NCBI GenBank assembly: GCA_934177995.1
Contig: CAKPPW010000005.1
Span: forward strand, 1 to 59,530
Reading direction: 5' to 3'
From: an uncultured Bacilli bacterium
GTDB taxonomy: Bacteria; Bacillota_I; Bacilli_A; RF39; UBA660
DNA: 59,530 bases
Below the pieces are notes generated by a model that did not search any database, was not told the origin of the DNA, and worked only from the letters and a program-made list of their open reading frames with translations. Positions 20,053 through 28,972 of the stretch are shown in pieces (within the stretch, counting starts at the first letter, position 1; every line of letters begins with the position of its first letter). Both the position numbers and the translations under genes were made by a program.

Positions 20053-20238
20053 ATGTATATGGAATTTAAAGATAAGACAATTACTTGTTGTGATTGCCAT
20101 GAAGATTTTACTTTTACTGCTGGAGAACAAGAGTTTTATCAAATGAAAGGTTTAACTAATGAACCTAAACGTTGTAAGGCTTGTCGTGATAAGAAAAAGA
20201 AAGAACGTGCAGAAAGAGAAAATAATCATAACAACTAG
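20053..20238 (+). CDS. small zinc-ribbon domain protein
   Basis: 61 aa with CCDCHEDFTFTAGEQEFY...PKRCKACR, a pattern typical of the widespread probable zinc-ribbon family. Confidence 0.65.
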   Translation: MYMEFKDKTITCCDCHEDFTFTAGEQEFYQMKGLTNEPKRCKACRDKKKKERAERENNHNN

Positions 20239-20241
20239 TAA

Positions 20242-20270
20242 GAAACTGATATTTTGTCAGTTTTTTCTTT
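20242..20270 (+). terminator. intrinsic terminator
   Basis: Stem aaactga / tcagttt followed by a T-run. Confidence 0.5.
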
Positions 20271-20317
20271 TGATTTTTATAAATTTCGTATATACTATAG
20301 GTAAGGATGGTGGCAAG

Positions 20318-21460
20318 ATGAAAAAAATATCAATAATAGCATTACATCTAGGATATGGTGGAGTAGAAAAGTCTATTTCAACACTTGCTAATTTACTAGC
20401 AACAACACCTGATATTGAAATAGAAATAGCATCTGTTTATGAACTTTATGATAAGCCAGTATTTCCTCTAGATGATAAGATAAAAGTAAAGTATTTATTA
20501 GAAAAAGGAATTAAGAGTAATGAAAAAGAGTGGAGAGAGTCTTTAAAAAAAGTAAAACCAATTACGTTTGTTAAAGAAAGTTTTAAAAGTCTTAAGATTC
20601 TTCATTTAAGACGTAAGGAAGTAATTAATTATATAAAAGAAACTGATGCTGATGTAATTATTTCTACTAGAGTATTATTTAACGGTTTAGTAGGTCTTTA
20701 TGCAAAAGATAATGTCTTAAAGATAGGTTGGGAACATAATCACTATCATAATGATATGAAATATGCTATGGATGTAGTAGCAAGTGCTAAGAAACTAGAT
20801 TATTTTATTTTAGTATCAAAAGATTTACAAAAGTTTTATCGTAAGGAATTATTAGAATATAAAGTTAAGTGTGTCTATATACCTAATACTTTAGAAAATA
20901 TTCCAAAAACAAAAAGTCCTTTAACAGCAAAGAGAATAGTAAGTGTAGGGAGATTATCTAAAGAAAAAGGATACCTTTCCTTATTAGAGATATATAGTGA
21001 GGTTATAAAGAAACATCCTGATTGGGTACTTGATATAATAGGTGATGGTAAAGAAAAAGAAACTCTTGAAGCATACATTAAAAAACATAATTTAGAAGAT
21101 AAAGTAACTCTTCATGGTTTCCAAAATAGTGAGTATATTAATAATATCATGCATAAATCATCAATTTATGTTATGACAAGTTATACAGAGTCTTTTGGAA
21201 TAGTCTTACTAGAGGCAATGAGTAATGGTCTACCTTGTCTTGCTTTTGATAGTGCGGAAGGGGCAAAAGAAATAATAACATCAGGAAGAGATGGCTATTT
21301 AATAAGACATAGAAATCATAAGATGATGGTTAATAAGATAAATGATTTGATAAAAGATTCTGATAAAAGAAAAGAACTAGGTAGTGCTGGAAGACGTAAG
21401 ATTAAAAATTATAGTAAAGATAAAGTGTTAGAACAATGGTTAAAAATAATTAATAAATAG
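20318..21460 (+). CDS. family 4 glycosyltransferase
   Basis: Start moved to ATG 20318 (MKKISIIALHLGYGGVEKS). The C-terminus has the GT4 motif ESFGIVLLEAMSNGLPCLAFD. The track's N-terminal extension overlaps the previous gene and its terminator. Confidence 0.8.
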   Translation: MKKISIIALHLGYGGVEKSISTLANLLATTPDIEIEIASVYELYDKPVFPLDDKIKVKYLLEKGIKSNEKEWRESLKKVKPITFVKESFKSLKILHLRRKEVINYIKETDADVIISTRVLFNGLVGLYAKDNVLKIGWEHNHYHNDMKYAMDVVASAKKLDYFILVSKDLQKFYRKELLEYKVKCVYIPNTLENIPKTKSPLTAKRIVSVGRLSKEKGYLSLLEIYSEVIKKHPDWVLDIIGDGKEKETLEAYIKKHNLEDKVTLHGFQNSEYINNIMHKSSIYVMTSYTESFGIVLLEAMSNGLPCLAFDSAEGAKEIITSGRDGYLIRHRNHKMMVNKINDLIKDSDKRKELGSAGRRKIKNYSKDKVLEQWLKIINK

Positions 21461-21468
21461 AGGTATGT

Positions 21469-21945
21469 ATGAAGAAAAATGTAATGTTTATATCTAGTAC
21501 AGGGGGACACTTAAGTGAACTTTTACAGCTTGCTAATTTATTTCCAAGATATAATTCTTGTCTTATTACTGAGAATACTAAATCTAATAGGAAGTTAAAA
21601 AAGAAATATAAGAGAATAAACTTTCTAATCTATGGTACAAAAGATCATTTCTTATCTTATCCTTTTAAGTTACTAGCTAACTGTTTTATTAGTCTTTATT
21701 ACTATTTTAAATATCATCCAGATTATGTTATTACAACAGGTGCTCATACTGCAGGACCAATGTGTTCTATAGCAAAGATATTTGGTAGTAAAGTAATTTA
21801 TATTGAAACATTTGCTAATATAAATACTAAGACGGTTACTGGTAACTTATTCTATAAATTTAAAATAGCTAATTTATTTATTGTCCAGTGGCGTCCCATG
21901 TTAAAACTTTATAAGAATGCTACTTATGGGGGGTGGATTTACTAA
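21469..21945 (+). CDS. Alg14-like / PssD-Cps14F-type glycosyltransferase subunit
   Basis: 158 aa with FISSTGGHLSELLQL and VITTGAHTAGP, typical of the membrane-anchoring half of the split GT28-like enzyme. Confidence 0.65.
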   Translation: MKKNVMFISSTGGHLSELLQLANLFPRYNSCLITENTKSNRKLKKKYKRINFLIYGTKDHFLSYPFKLLANCFISLYYYFKYHPDYVITTGAHTAGPMCSIAKIFGSKVIYIETFANINTKTVTGNLFYKFKIANLFIVQWRPMLKLYKNATYGGWIY

Positions 21946-22736
21946 TGATTTTTGTAACATTGGGTACTCAAGATAAGTCCTTTAAAAGATTATTAAAAGC
22001 AGTGGAGAAGGAAAAACTAAATGGCAACATTAAAGAAAAGGTAGTTGTCCAAGCAGGGTACACTAAGTATAAAAGTGAGGTTATGGAAATATTTGATACT
22101 ATTCCTAAAGATGAATTTGAAGAGTATATGGCTAAAGCTTCATTAGTAATTACTCATGGTGGAGTAGGTAGCATCTTAACAGCTCTTGATAATAATAAAA
22201 AAGTAATAGCAGTACCTCGTCTTGCTAGATATAGGGAACATACTAATGACCATCAAAAACAAATAGTAGATGAATTTGAAAAGAATGGTTATATTCTAGC
22301 TCTTAGGGATACTAGTAAATTAGGAGAGGTATTAAAGAAGGTTAAGAAATTTACTCCTAAAAAATATGAATCTAATAAGAAAAACTTTCAAAAGATAATA
22401 ACTGATTATATAGATGAGACTAATCATATTAGTTGGTATAATAGAGATAAAAAAATAATTCTAATAGAGTTAATTAATTATTTAGTATTTGTTTTTCTTT
22501 TTAAATATAATTATCTATTAGGATTGCTGTTAGGATTTATTTTATCTATTATTTTATGTTTGTTTCTTTATAAACACAAGAAGGAAAATATCAGCTATTT
22601 AGTAATAACTTTTCTAATAGAATGTATACTTCTTTCTTTAGTAAAAGATAAGTTGTTTTTTAAGACTATTATTAATCCTTTGATAATAATAATTTATCAT
22701 TTAATAGTAAGTGATAGGTGTGAGATAAGCTATTAA
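21945..22736 (+). CDS. Alg13-like / PssE-Cps14G-type glycosyltransferase subunit fused to a C-terminal membrane domain
   Basis: Starts at the ATG overlapping the upstream stop (TAATG). Has MIFVTLGTQDKSF, ITHGGVGS and HQKQ. The last ~100 aa carry 3-4 TM helices. Confidence 0.65.
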   Translation: MIFVTLGTQDKSFKRLLKAVEKEKLNGNIKEKVVVQAGYTKYKSEVMEIFDTIPKDEFEEYMAKASLVITHGGVGSILTALDNNKKVIAVPRLARYREHTNDHQKQIVDEFEKNGYILALRDTSKLGEVLKKVKKFTPKKYESNKKNFQKIITDYIDETNHISWYNRDKKIILIELINYLVFVFLFKYNYLLGLLLGFILSIILCLFLYKHKKENISYLVITFLIECILLSLVKDKLFFKTIINPLIIIIYHLIVSDRCEISY

Positions 22737-22756
22737 GATTAACTAATGACAGTTAG

Positions 22757-22789
22757 TCTTTTTTAGTACGGGAAAAGTTAAAATATTAA
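22757..22789 (+). repeat. solo copy of the left-end sequence of the Rpn-type element
   Basis: tcttttttagtacgggaaaagttaaaatattaa is identical to 56932-56964. The 23-nt core tacgggaaaagttaaaatattaa also occurs at 23138-23160. Confidence 0.85.
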
Positions 22790-22902
22790 AAAGTATTATC
22801 TATTTAATTGGTTAATTACTATATCCATGTTATTATCTTTAACAGGAACATTTATAGATGAGTGTCATCCTTCTTATATATTTTATAAGGAGGTGGTAAT
22901 TG

Positions 22903-22983
22903 ATGAAAACTAAGACTTTTATTTTAAAATTCCTTAGATTAATTTTATTAATTACCTTATTGATACTGGCAGTAAAAAACTAA
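22903..22983 (+). CDS. 26-aa hydrophobic peptide (type I toxin-like)
   Basis: Reads MKTKTFILKFLRLILLITLLILAVKN. RBS AAGGAGGTGG lies 6 nt upstream. Not in the supplied track. Confidence 0.35.
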   Translation: MKTKTFILKFLRLILLITLLILAVKN

Positions 22984-22989
22984 AATAAA

Positions 22990-23015
22990 GACACTCTTCA
23001 CCAAGATAGAGTGTC
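22990..23015 (-). terminator. hairpin that could terminate a minus-strand transcript
   Basis: Perfect 8-bp stem gacactct / agagtgtc. A T-rich run follows only on the minus strand (tttatttta). A minus-strand promoter-like TTGTTA-17-TAATAT lies near 23127-23099. Confidence 0.35.
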
Positions 23016-23131
23016 AAAAAACTTCAATCGAAGGAGATGTTCACTTCCAAATAAATGTTCCTCTTTTTTTATTTTACGCAAGTTTTCTTGCTACATACAT
23101 ATTATCACAATGCTTACTTATTAACAAGTAA

Positions 23132-24255
23132 TTTTACTACGGGAAAAGTTAAAATATTAATGAATTATTCTATAGTTGTAGTAATAAGTAAGTATCTATG
23201 ATATAAAATAATTGAAAATTTTTTTGTTGGATGCCAATTTTGCAAATCTAAGTAAAAATATACCTTGAATTTACCAAATTGAGGGGTTCAATTTAATAAA
23301 ACACCTAATTTGGAGGGGTGAATTTTGAAAATTGCCTGTTTGCAAAGTGACATACATATTTGGTATCCTTTCTTTACTTGTCCAGAAAGAAAGGAGGAAT
23401 ATGGCCAAGACAAAAAAATTTATAAAACCATTGTATGATACTACTATAAAGTATTTAGTAAAAAATACTGATACAAGGTATATCATCTATAAGCTTATTT
23501 ATTTGGCAACTGGTATAGATCTTAGTGATTATACGTTAATAGATCAAGAGTTAAATACTGGTAATCATATAAAAGATTATCGTCTTGATTTATTATTTAA
23601 GAAAGATTCTACCATTGTTAATCTAGAAGTTAATTATGAAATGACATGCTGGACAAGAAGAAAACAATATAATTATCTATTTAGATTAGCCTAAAATGTC
23701 GGTGATAGTTACAAGGCTAGAAAAGTTGTACAAATAACTCTAAACAATTCTTACTTTGAAAAGAAAGATGCTAAGTTAGTTACCTACTGTTTTAGAGATA
23801 GTGTTTATCATACTAAAATAGATGGTGTGGAAAGTTATGAGATTTATTTAAGTAACTTTAAAGGTGTTAAGTATAACGGTAAGAACGAGCTTGCTACACT
23901 GTGTTCTATTTTAACCAGTGAGAGCATGGAAGAATCAAAAGAAATAGCAGGAAACTATAGGGAGGGATTAATACTAATGAGTGAACTAGAAAAACTAAAA
24001 TTAAATGATGAATTTAATGCTTACTATGACTATGAAGCGGTTATCAGAAAAGAGAAAAACTCTGAATATGCTAGTGGCAGAGATGATGGACTGGCTGAGG
24101 GCAAAACATTGGGACTGGCTGAAGGAGAAAAAAATGGAGCTAATAAAGAAAAACTAGCTATAGCCAAAATAATGCTTCAAGGAAAAGAATCCTTAGATAA
24201 GATAATGAAGTATACTGGTTTAAGTAAAAAAGACCTTACTATGCTACTATAAGTA
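23132..24255 (+). mobile_element. Rpn / PD-(D/E)XK_2 'putative transposase' element, copy B
   Basis: About 1.1 kb, near-identical in sequence and organisation to 56936-58076 (copy C), including ~270 nt of upstream non-coding DNA. Confidence 0.7.
23401..24252 (+). pseudogene. Rpn-family recombination-promoting nuclease / PDDEXK_2 protein with one in-frame TAA (23692-23694)
   Basis: 23401-23694 and 23695-24252 are in one frame with a single stop. Homologous end to end with the intact paralog at 37892-38698 (DTT.KYL, GIDL..Y.L.D.ELN.GN.IKD.RLDLL, FRLA, NAYYD). Confidence 0.7.
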
Positions 24256-24302
24256 TTGATTGCTGGAGACTACTAAAGTCTCTGCTTTCTATTAAAATAG
24301 TA

Positions 24303-24565
24303 TGATGTCGGAGATAGTTATAAGGTTAGAAAAGTTCTTCAAATAAAGCTTATTTTGAAAATAAAGATGCTAAGTTGGTGATCTACTGTTTTAGAGAGCG
24401 TGGAAAGTTATGAGATTTATTTCAGTAACTTTAAAGGCATTTGAGTGAACTAGAAAAACTGAAATTAAATGATGAATTTAATGCTTACTATGATTATGAA
24501 ACAGTTATTAGAAAAGAGAAAAACTCTGAATATGCTAGTGACAGAGATGCTGGACTGACTTAAGT
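24303..24565 (+). pseudogene. decayed partial copy of the Rpn-type gene (middle part, with internal deletions)
   Basis: tgatgtcggagatagttataaggttagaaaagtt... aligns with 23693-24100 but carries several deletions and stops. Confidence 0.75.
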
Positions 24566-24602
24566 ATTAAATAAAGTACTTTATCATAGTTATAAATTGT
24601 AT

Positions 24603-24636
24603 GTCATAAATATTTCATAAGTATTTATGACTTTTT
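24603..24636 (+). terminator. intrinsic terminator
   Basis: Perfect 10-bp stem gtcataaata / tatttatgac with a 9-nt loop, then TTTTT. Confidence 0.6.
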
Positions 24637-24676
24637 ATTATTCTTCTATCATAATATTACATAGGGAGTTGATCTT

Positions 24677-25543
24677 GTGAAGAAAATAATAGAAATACTA
24701 TTTGCTTGTCTTTTGGTATTTGCAAGTTTCTTTTATACTGATAAAGCTATATCTATGATGGAAGATAAAGATCCAGTGATGATTAAAATAAAAAAAGAAA
24801 AGAAATCATTAGAAGAAGAATCTATCAATGCTAAAGTAAATGGTGAATATCTAGTACCTGGTTATAGTGGATTAGTAGTAGACTTAGATAAAAGTTTTAA
24901 CAAGATGAAAAAGTATGGGGGATATAATGAATCGTTAATTGTCTTTAAAGAAAGTACTCCAACTATATCTGTAGATGAATATTATGATAAATATATAGTA
25001 AGTGGTAATGGATTTACTAATTATATATCATTAGTATTTGAAATCACTGATAAAGAATTATTACCAAAAATAAAAGATATTTTAAAGGAAAATGATGTTA
25101 GAGCAACATTCTTTGTAGATGGAGTATTGTTAAAAGAAGATAATATCTTAGTTACTAGTTTGTTACAAGACTTTCATGAGATAGAATTGTTAAACTATAA
25201 AGGAAGTTATGATAGACTTATTTTTGAAGAGGCTCTTGATACTTTACAAGTTATTGCTAATAAACGTGGTAAATACTGTCTTGCTAAGTATGACCAAAAA
25301 GAAATATTAGAACTATGTAGTAAAGAAAAGATGCATACTATTATTCCAACTATCCAAATTAGTAGTAATCCATATCTATCATTAAAAGGAAAACTAAGAG
25401 AAGGATCAATTATTTCGATTACTCCTACTAAAGAAAATATCAGTGAACTAGATGTGGTTGTTAAATATATAAAACAAAGAGGATATACACTTGATACTTT
25501 AGAACAATTACTTAGTGAAGCAAGAAATATTACGGAGAAGTGA
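24677..25543 (+). CDS. NodB (polysaccharide deacetylase)-like protein, divergent
   Basis: 288 aa with a GTG start after GGGAG and a signal anchor. Has ISLVFEITDKELLPKIKDILKENDVRATFFVDG, where the canonical TFDDG is replaced. Confidence 0.4.
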   Translation: MKKIIEILFACLLVFASFFYTDKAISMMEDKDPVMIKIKKEKKSLEEESINAKVNGEYLVPGYSGLVVDLDKSFNKMKKYGGYNESLIVFKESTPTISVDEYYDKYIVSGNGFTNYISLVFEITDKELLPKIKDILKENDVRATFFVDGVLLKEDNILVTSLLQDFHEIELLNYKGSYDRLIFEEALDTLQVIANKRGKYCLAKYDQKEILELCSKEKMHTIIPTIQISSNPYLSLKGKLREGSIISITPTKENISELDVVVKYIKQRGYTLDTLEQLLSEARNITEK

Positions 25544-25601
25544 TATTTCTTTTTCTATCTAGTTTAAACCTATGATATAATTTAAGAAGAATGGAGAAGA
25601 T

Positions 25602-26978
25602 ATGATGAAAATAACAAAAGAAATAAATAAAGAAATATTTAGAGCATATGATATAAGAGGAATAGCAGATAGAGATTTAACAGATGATGTTATTTATACT
25701 ATTGCCAGAAGTTTTGCTACTCATATTAGAAGAATGGGAAAGAATACTTGTGTTATTGGACATGATAATAGATTATCATCAGAAAGAATTCATAAAGCTT
25801 TGACTAAGGGATTAATTGATAGTGGAGTTAATATTTTAGACTTAGAATTAACTACTACACCAATGTATTATTATGCTTGTATCTATGAAAAGATCGATTG
25901 TGGTATTATGATAACAGCTAGTCATAATCCTAAGGAAGATAATGGATTAAAGTTTGCCTTTAAAGACTATTTGAATGCTAAGGGAGAAGAAATCACTGAT
26001 TTTTATGAAGAAACTATAAAAGGCGACTTCTTAGATGGAGTTGGTAGTGTTAGAAAGATAAATGTTAAAGATGAATACTTTAAGGCTATTAAAGATGGAC
26101 TTAAATTTGGTGATAAGAGAATAAAAGCAGTACTAGATCCAGGTAATGGAACAACATCAATAATCTTAAAAGACTTGTATAGTATGTTTCCAATCGATTT
26201 TACTATTATCAATGGCAAAAGTGATGGAACATTTCCTAATCATCACCCCGATCCATCAATTGAAGCTAATTTAGAACAACTTAAGAAAAAAGTGTTAGAA
26301 ACTGAAGCCGATATTGGTGTTAGCTTTGATGGTGATGGTGATAGAGTAGGAGTTATTACTAATGAAGGTAAGTTTTTACCATGTGATTATTATATGATTT
26401 TAATTATTAGAGATATAATTGATAAAGTTAAGAATAAAACATTCTTATATGATGTAAAATGTAGTAAATCATTAGAAGATGAAATAATAAAACTAGGTGG
26501 TAGTCCTGTTTGCTATCGTACAGGTAATAGCTATACAAGAAGTAGAGTAGCGGAACTTGATATGCCTTTCGGTGGAGAATTATCAGGTCATGTCTATTTT
26601 AGAGATAGATTCTTAGGCTTTGATAGTGGGTTATATGCTGGACTTAGAATAATAGAATTATTATCTAGAAATAGTAAAAATATAACAGAGTTATTAAGTG
26701 GTATAAACCATTATGAAGCAACACCAGAGTTAAAATATAAATCAACCGATGAGAAAAAAATAGAAGTAGTAGAAAAAGTTATAGAATATTGTAAGGAAAA
26801 GCATTATAATATTAATACAATTGATGGTGTTAGAGTAACATTTACTGATGGATGGGCTAGTGTTAGATATAGTAATACAGGACCTAATATAACATCTAGA
26901 TTTGAAGCTACTACTAAAGAAAGATTAGAAGAGATTAAATGTGAATTTGAAAGCTTAATAGATAAATATAATAAATAG
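25602..26978 (+). CDS. alpha-D-phosphohexomutase (phosphomannomutase/phosphoglucosamine mutase family)
   Basis: Active-site loop TASHNPKEDNGLKF, metal loop FDGDGDRVG and sugar loop GGELSGH. Confidence 0.85.
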   Translation: MMKITKEINKEIFRAYDIRGIADRDLTDDVIYTIARSFATHIRRMGKNTCVIGHDNRLSSERIHKALTKGLIDSGVNILDLELTTTPMYYYACIYEKIDCGIMITASHNPKEDNGLKFAFKDYLNAKGEEITDFYEETIKGDFLDGVGSVRKINVKDEYFKAIKDGLKFGDKRIKAVLDPGNGTTSIILKDLYSMFPIDFTIINGKSDGTFPNHHPDPSIEANLEQLKKKVLETEADIGVSFDGDGDRVGVITNEGKFLPCDYYMILIIRDIIDKVKNKTFLYDVKCSKSLEDEIIKLGGSPVCYRTGNSYTRSRVAELDMPFGGELSGHVYFRDRFLGFDSGLYAGLRIIELLSRNSKNITELLSGINHYEATPELKYKSTDEKKIEVVEKVIEYCKEKHYNINTIDGVRVTFTDGWASVRYSNTGPNITSRFEATTKERLEEIKCEFESLIDKYNK

Positions 26979-26987
26979 GAGGTCTTT

Positions 26988-28064
26988 ATGAAAATAGCTA
27001 TTACAGCAGGAGGTACTGGAGGACATATTTTTCCAGCTTTAGCAATTATAAATAAGATTAAATCTCATGATAAGAATAGTGAATTCTTGTATTTTGGTAC
27101 TACTGATCGAATGGAGAAAGATATTATTCCAGAAAAAGGTATTCCCTATATTGGTATTCAAATGAAAGGACTAAATAGAAAGAATATCTTAAAAAATATT
27201 ACTGTTCTTAAAATATATTTAGCTGCTATTAAGAAAGCAGAAGTGGAGCTTAAGAAGTTTAAACCTGATATTGTAATAGGGGTAGGTGGTTATATTACTG
27301 CTCCTGTTTTAGTAGCGGCTAATCGTCTTGGTATTAAAACTATAATTCATGAACAAAATTCTATTCCAGGTGTATCTAATAAGTTACTATCTCGCTTTGT
27401 TAATAAGATTTGTGTCTCTTTTAAAGAAAGTGAAACCTATTTTCCTAAGAAGAAAACTATTTATACCGGAAACCCTAGAAGTGAAGAAATTCTAGCTATG
27501 GAAAAAGGAAAAAGAGAAGACTTTGGTTTTAACCATAAGAGTAAATTTATTATTCTTGTCATGGGTTCTCTTGGTTCTCTTACGATGACTAAAAAGATGA
27601 AAGAGTTAATTCCTTCTTTTAAAGATAAAGATTATCAAGTATTAGTTGTTACTGGTAAGGGTTATTATGATGATTATAAAGATGTAAAGACTCCAGCTAA
27701 TGTTAAAATAGTACCTTTTTATGATGCTAAATATATGAAAGATGCTGATTTGATAATCACAAGAAGTGGAGCTTCTACGATTGCCGAGGTAACTGCTTTA
27801 CTGCTTCCTTCAATTATGATACCAAGTCCTTATGTTACACATAATCATCAATATAAGAATGCTAAGGCTCTAGAAGATAAGAAAGCTTGTAAAATATTAG
27901 AGGAAAAAGACTTTTGTAAAGAAAATTTATTATCATTAATAGATGACTGTTTTAAAAAAGAAGTGTATAATGAAATGAGGAAAAATTTAAAAGAGTTTTC
28001 TTGTCCAAATAGTGCGGAAGCTATTTATAAGGAAATCATGAAGTTAGTAAGGAATGAAGAGTAA
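26988..28064 (+). CDS. murG: UDP-GlcNAc:undecaprenyl-PP-MurNAc-pentapeptide GlcNAc transferase MurG
   Basis: Motifs GGTGGHIFPALA, GGYITAP, HEQN and RSGASTIAE. Confidence 0.9.
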   Translation: MKIAITAGGTGGHIFPALAIINKIKSHDKNSEFLYFGTTDRMEKDIIPEKGIPYIGIQMKGLNRKNILKNITVLKIYLAAIKKAEVELKKFKPDIVIGVGGYITAPVLVAANRLGIKTIIHEQNSIPGVSNKLLSRFVNKICVSFKESETYFPKKKTIYTGNPRSEEILAMEKGKREDFGFNHKSKFIILVMGSLGSLTMTKKMKELIPSFKDKDYQVLVVTGKGYYDDYKDVKTPANVKIVPFYDAKYMKDADLIITRSGASTIAEVTALLLPSIMIPSPYVTHNHQYKNAKALEDKKACKILEEKDFCKENLLSLIDDCFKKEVYNEMRKNLKEFSCPNSAEAIYKEIMKLVRNEE

Positions 28065-28969
28065 TGGATATATTTTTAGAACAAGTAGAAGAAAAAGAAA
28101 TAGGAAGAATAGTTAATGATGCGGATTTATCTAAATATACCACTTATAAAGTGGGAGGAAAGGCAAGAGCAATAATTTATCCTAAAGATAGAAGATGTTT
28201 AGTTGAGTTATGTAAGTTAATTAAAGCTCATCATATTAAATATAAAATATTAGGAAATGGTAGTAATTTATTATTCAGTGATGAACTATATGATGGTGTT
28301 TTAATAAAGCTAGATGAATTTGATAAGATAGAGTTTGTTCGTAATAAGGTTATTTGTGGAGCAGGAGCATCTTTAATGAAAGTAGCAAGGGAAGCTATGA
28401 AACGGGGTTTAGCAGGTCTTGAGTTTGCATCAGGTATACCTGGTACTATTGGAGGAGCAATCTACATGAATGCTGGAGCTTATAAAAGTGATATGGGTTA
28501 TATTACTACTAATGTAACTGTCTTAACAGATGATTTAAAAATAATTACTTTAACTAATAGTGAAATGGATTTTCATTATAGAACATCATATCTTCAGAAA
28601 CATAAAGATTATATTTGTCTAGAAGCAGTATTAAAGCTTACTAAAGGTGATAGAAAAGAAATAGAAGCAGTTACTAAAGAGCGAAGAGAACGAAGAGTAG
28701 AATCTCAACCTTTAGAGTATCCTTCTGCTGGTAGTGTTTTTAGAAATCCAGAAGGAATGTATGCAGGAAAACTAATTGAGGACTTGGGACTTAAAGGCTT
28801 AACTAAAGGTGGAGCAGAAGTTAGTTTAAAACATGCTAACTTTGTCGTTAATAAAGATGGAGCCACTGCTAAAGATATTCATGATTTAATAGTATTTGTT
28901 CATGATGCTGTTCTTGATAGGTATGGCATTGATTTAAAGATAGAACAAGAATTTGTTAATTGGGAGTAG
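28064..28969 (+). CDS. murB: UDP-N-acetylenolpyruvoylglucosamine reductase MurB
   Basis: Motifs YTTYKVGG, LGNGSNLL, GIPGTIGGAIYMNAGAY, PSAGSVFRNP and HANFVVN. Confidence 0.92.
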   Translation: MDIFLEQVEEKEIGRIVNDADLSKYTTYKVGGKARAIIYPKDRRCLVELCKLIKAHHIKYKILGNGSNLLFSDELYDGVLIKLDEFDKIEFVRNKVICGAGASLMKVAREAMKRGLAGLEFASGIPGTIGGAIYMNAGAYKSDMGYITTNVTVLTDDLKIITLTNSEMDFHYRTSYLQKHKDYICLEAVLKLTKGDRKEIEAVTKERRERRVESQPLEYPSAGSVFRNPEGMYAGKLIEDLGLKGLTKGGAEVSLKHANFVVNKDGATAKDIHDLIVFVHDAVLDRYGIDLKIEQEFVNWE

Positions 28970-28972
28970 TCT

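Noticed and set aside
20159-20317. N-terminal extension of the GT4 ORF overlapping the zinc-ribbon gene
   Set aside because: The extension crosses a terminator hairpin and overlaps the previous CDS. A good ATG at 20318 gives the conserved GT4 N-terminus.
20875-21078. Minus-strand 67-aa ORF
   Set aside because: Antisense within the GT4 gene.
23271-23486. Minus-strand 71-aa ORF and the plus-strand extension 23332-23400
   Set aside because: Both overlap the conserved non-coding module and the start of the Rpn-type gene. The SD-ATG at 23401 matches copy C and the intact paralog.
26003-26218. Minus-strand 71-aa ORF
   Set aside because: Antisense within the phosphohexomutase gene.
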